Origin: Candidatus Latescibacterota bacterium
GTDB lineage: Bacteria > Latescibacterota > UBA2968
DNA length: 64,000 bases
Direction of reading: 5' to 3'
NCBI GenBank assembly: GCA_965198115.1
Contig: OZ240241.1
Location: forward strand, 5,760,001-5,824,000
The position numbers and the translations under genes were made by a program. This document shows, piece after piece, positions 63,491-64,000 of the stretch. Within the stretch, counting starts at the first letter, position 1; every line of letters starts with the position of its first letter. Under the pieces are notes generated by a model. That model worked only from the letters and a program-made list of their open reading frames with translations, was not told the origin of the DNA and ran no database searches.

Positions 63491-64000
63491 TCATTTCATC
63501 GGGTGGGTGACGAGGCCCAGGTCTGAGATGGGCTGTCTTATTCGATCGAGTTCCTCGTCTGTCGCGGAGACCATCGGTGGACGCAGATGGCGTGAGGCGA
63601 TTCCGTTGAGCTCGAGGGTCGCGCGCCAGTGCGCCTGAAAACCACCACCGACGTGTACAGCGAGATTGGCGAATGGTTTCTCCGTCTCGCGAATGATGCG
63701 ACCCGCTGTTGCAACGTCCGTATCCTGATAGGCTTGCCAGTACTCCTTTGCGACGTGCGGTGCGAAGGACGAGAAGTAACAGAAGAAGGCGGGGCGCCAC
63801 GGCCACTGGGTGAAGTTGCGCCAAAGACCGCCACCGGTCATAAACTTCCAATGCGCCCCGTACTTCTGCATCGTGTCCGGGGCGTAGTCGACAGCGCCGT
63901 CCTCTTTGAAACAACAGATGTTTTCGACGTCGACGAGCGCGTCGAGTATTTCGTGAGGCGGCCAGCCGACGAGCATCATCGGCATCACTTCCGCGACGGC
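63491..64000 (-). CDS. DHDPS family lyase, 5'-partial
   Basis: FKED Schiff-base Lys, TGGG, LRPPM. Confidence 0.75.
   Translation of the reverse strand, partial: AVAEVMPMMLVGWPPHEILDALVDVENICCFKEDGAVDYAPDTMQKYGAHWKFMTGGGLWRNFTQWPWRPAFFCYFSSFAPHVAKEYWQAYQDTDVATAGRIIRETEKPFANLAVHVGGGFQAHWRATLELNGIASRHLRPPMVSATDEELDRIRQPISDLGLVTHPMK

Overview
GC-rich bacterial chromosomal window packed with about 50 catabolic enzyme genes, mostly on the minus strand. It holds 7 PhyH-type plus one other Fe(II)/2OG dioxygenase, 3 Cys-type sulfatases, 4 Gfo/Idh/MocA dehydrogenases, 2 DHDPS-family lyases, a tandem pair of UxuA-like dehydratases, several beta-propeller glycosidase-like proteins, amide hydrolases of six families, a PQQ dehydrogenase, PhoD, an oxalyl-CoA ligase/reductase-like pair and one DUF6785-type membrane protein. 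This gene mix resembles Latescibacterota/Poribacteria-type genomes (inference only). I recognise no rRNA, tRNA, CRISPR array, transcription regulator or sugar kinase. Three IS elements are present: IS630, ISAzo13 and a truncated IS256 that splits a DUF2961 gene. Many genes carry single-base frameshifts, probably long-read errors. The least explained signal is intergenic: at least eight short repeat families, including two 24-32 nt hairpin micro-elements that repeatedly sit inside copies of other repeat families. Other highlights are a PhyH paralog with an HxG (halogenase-like) metal motif and a uxuA-like duplication whose junction lies on a repeat motif. All calls come from motif recognition by eye; no searches were run.
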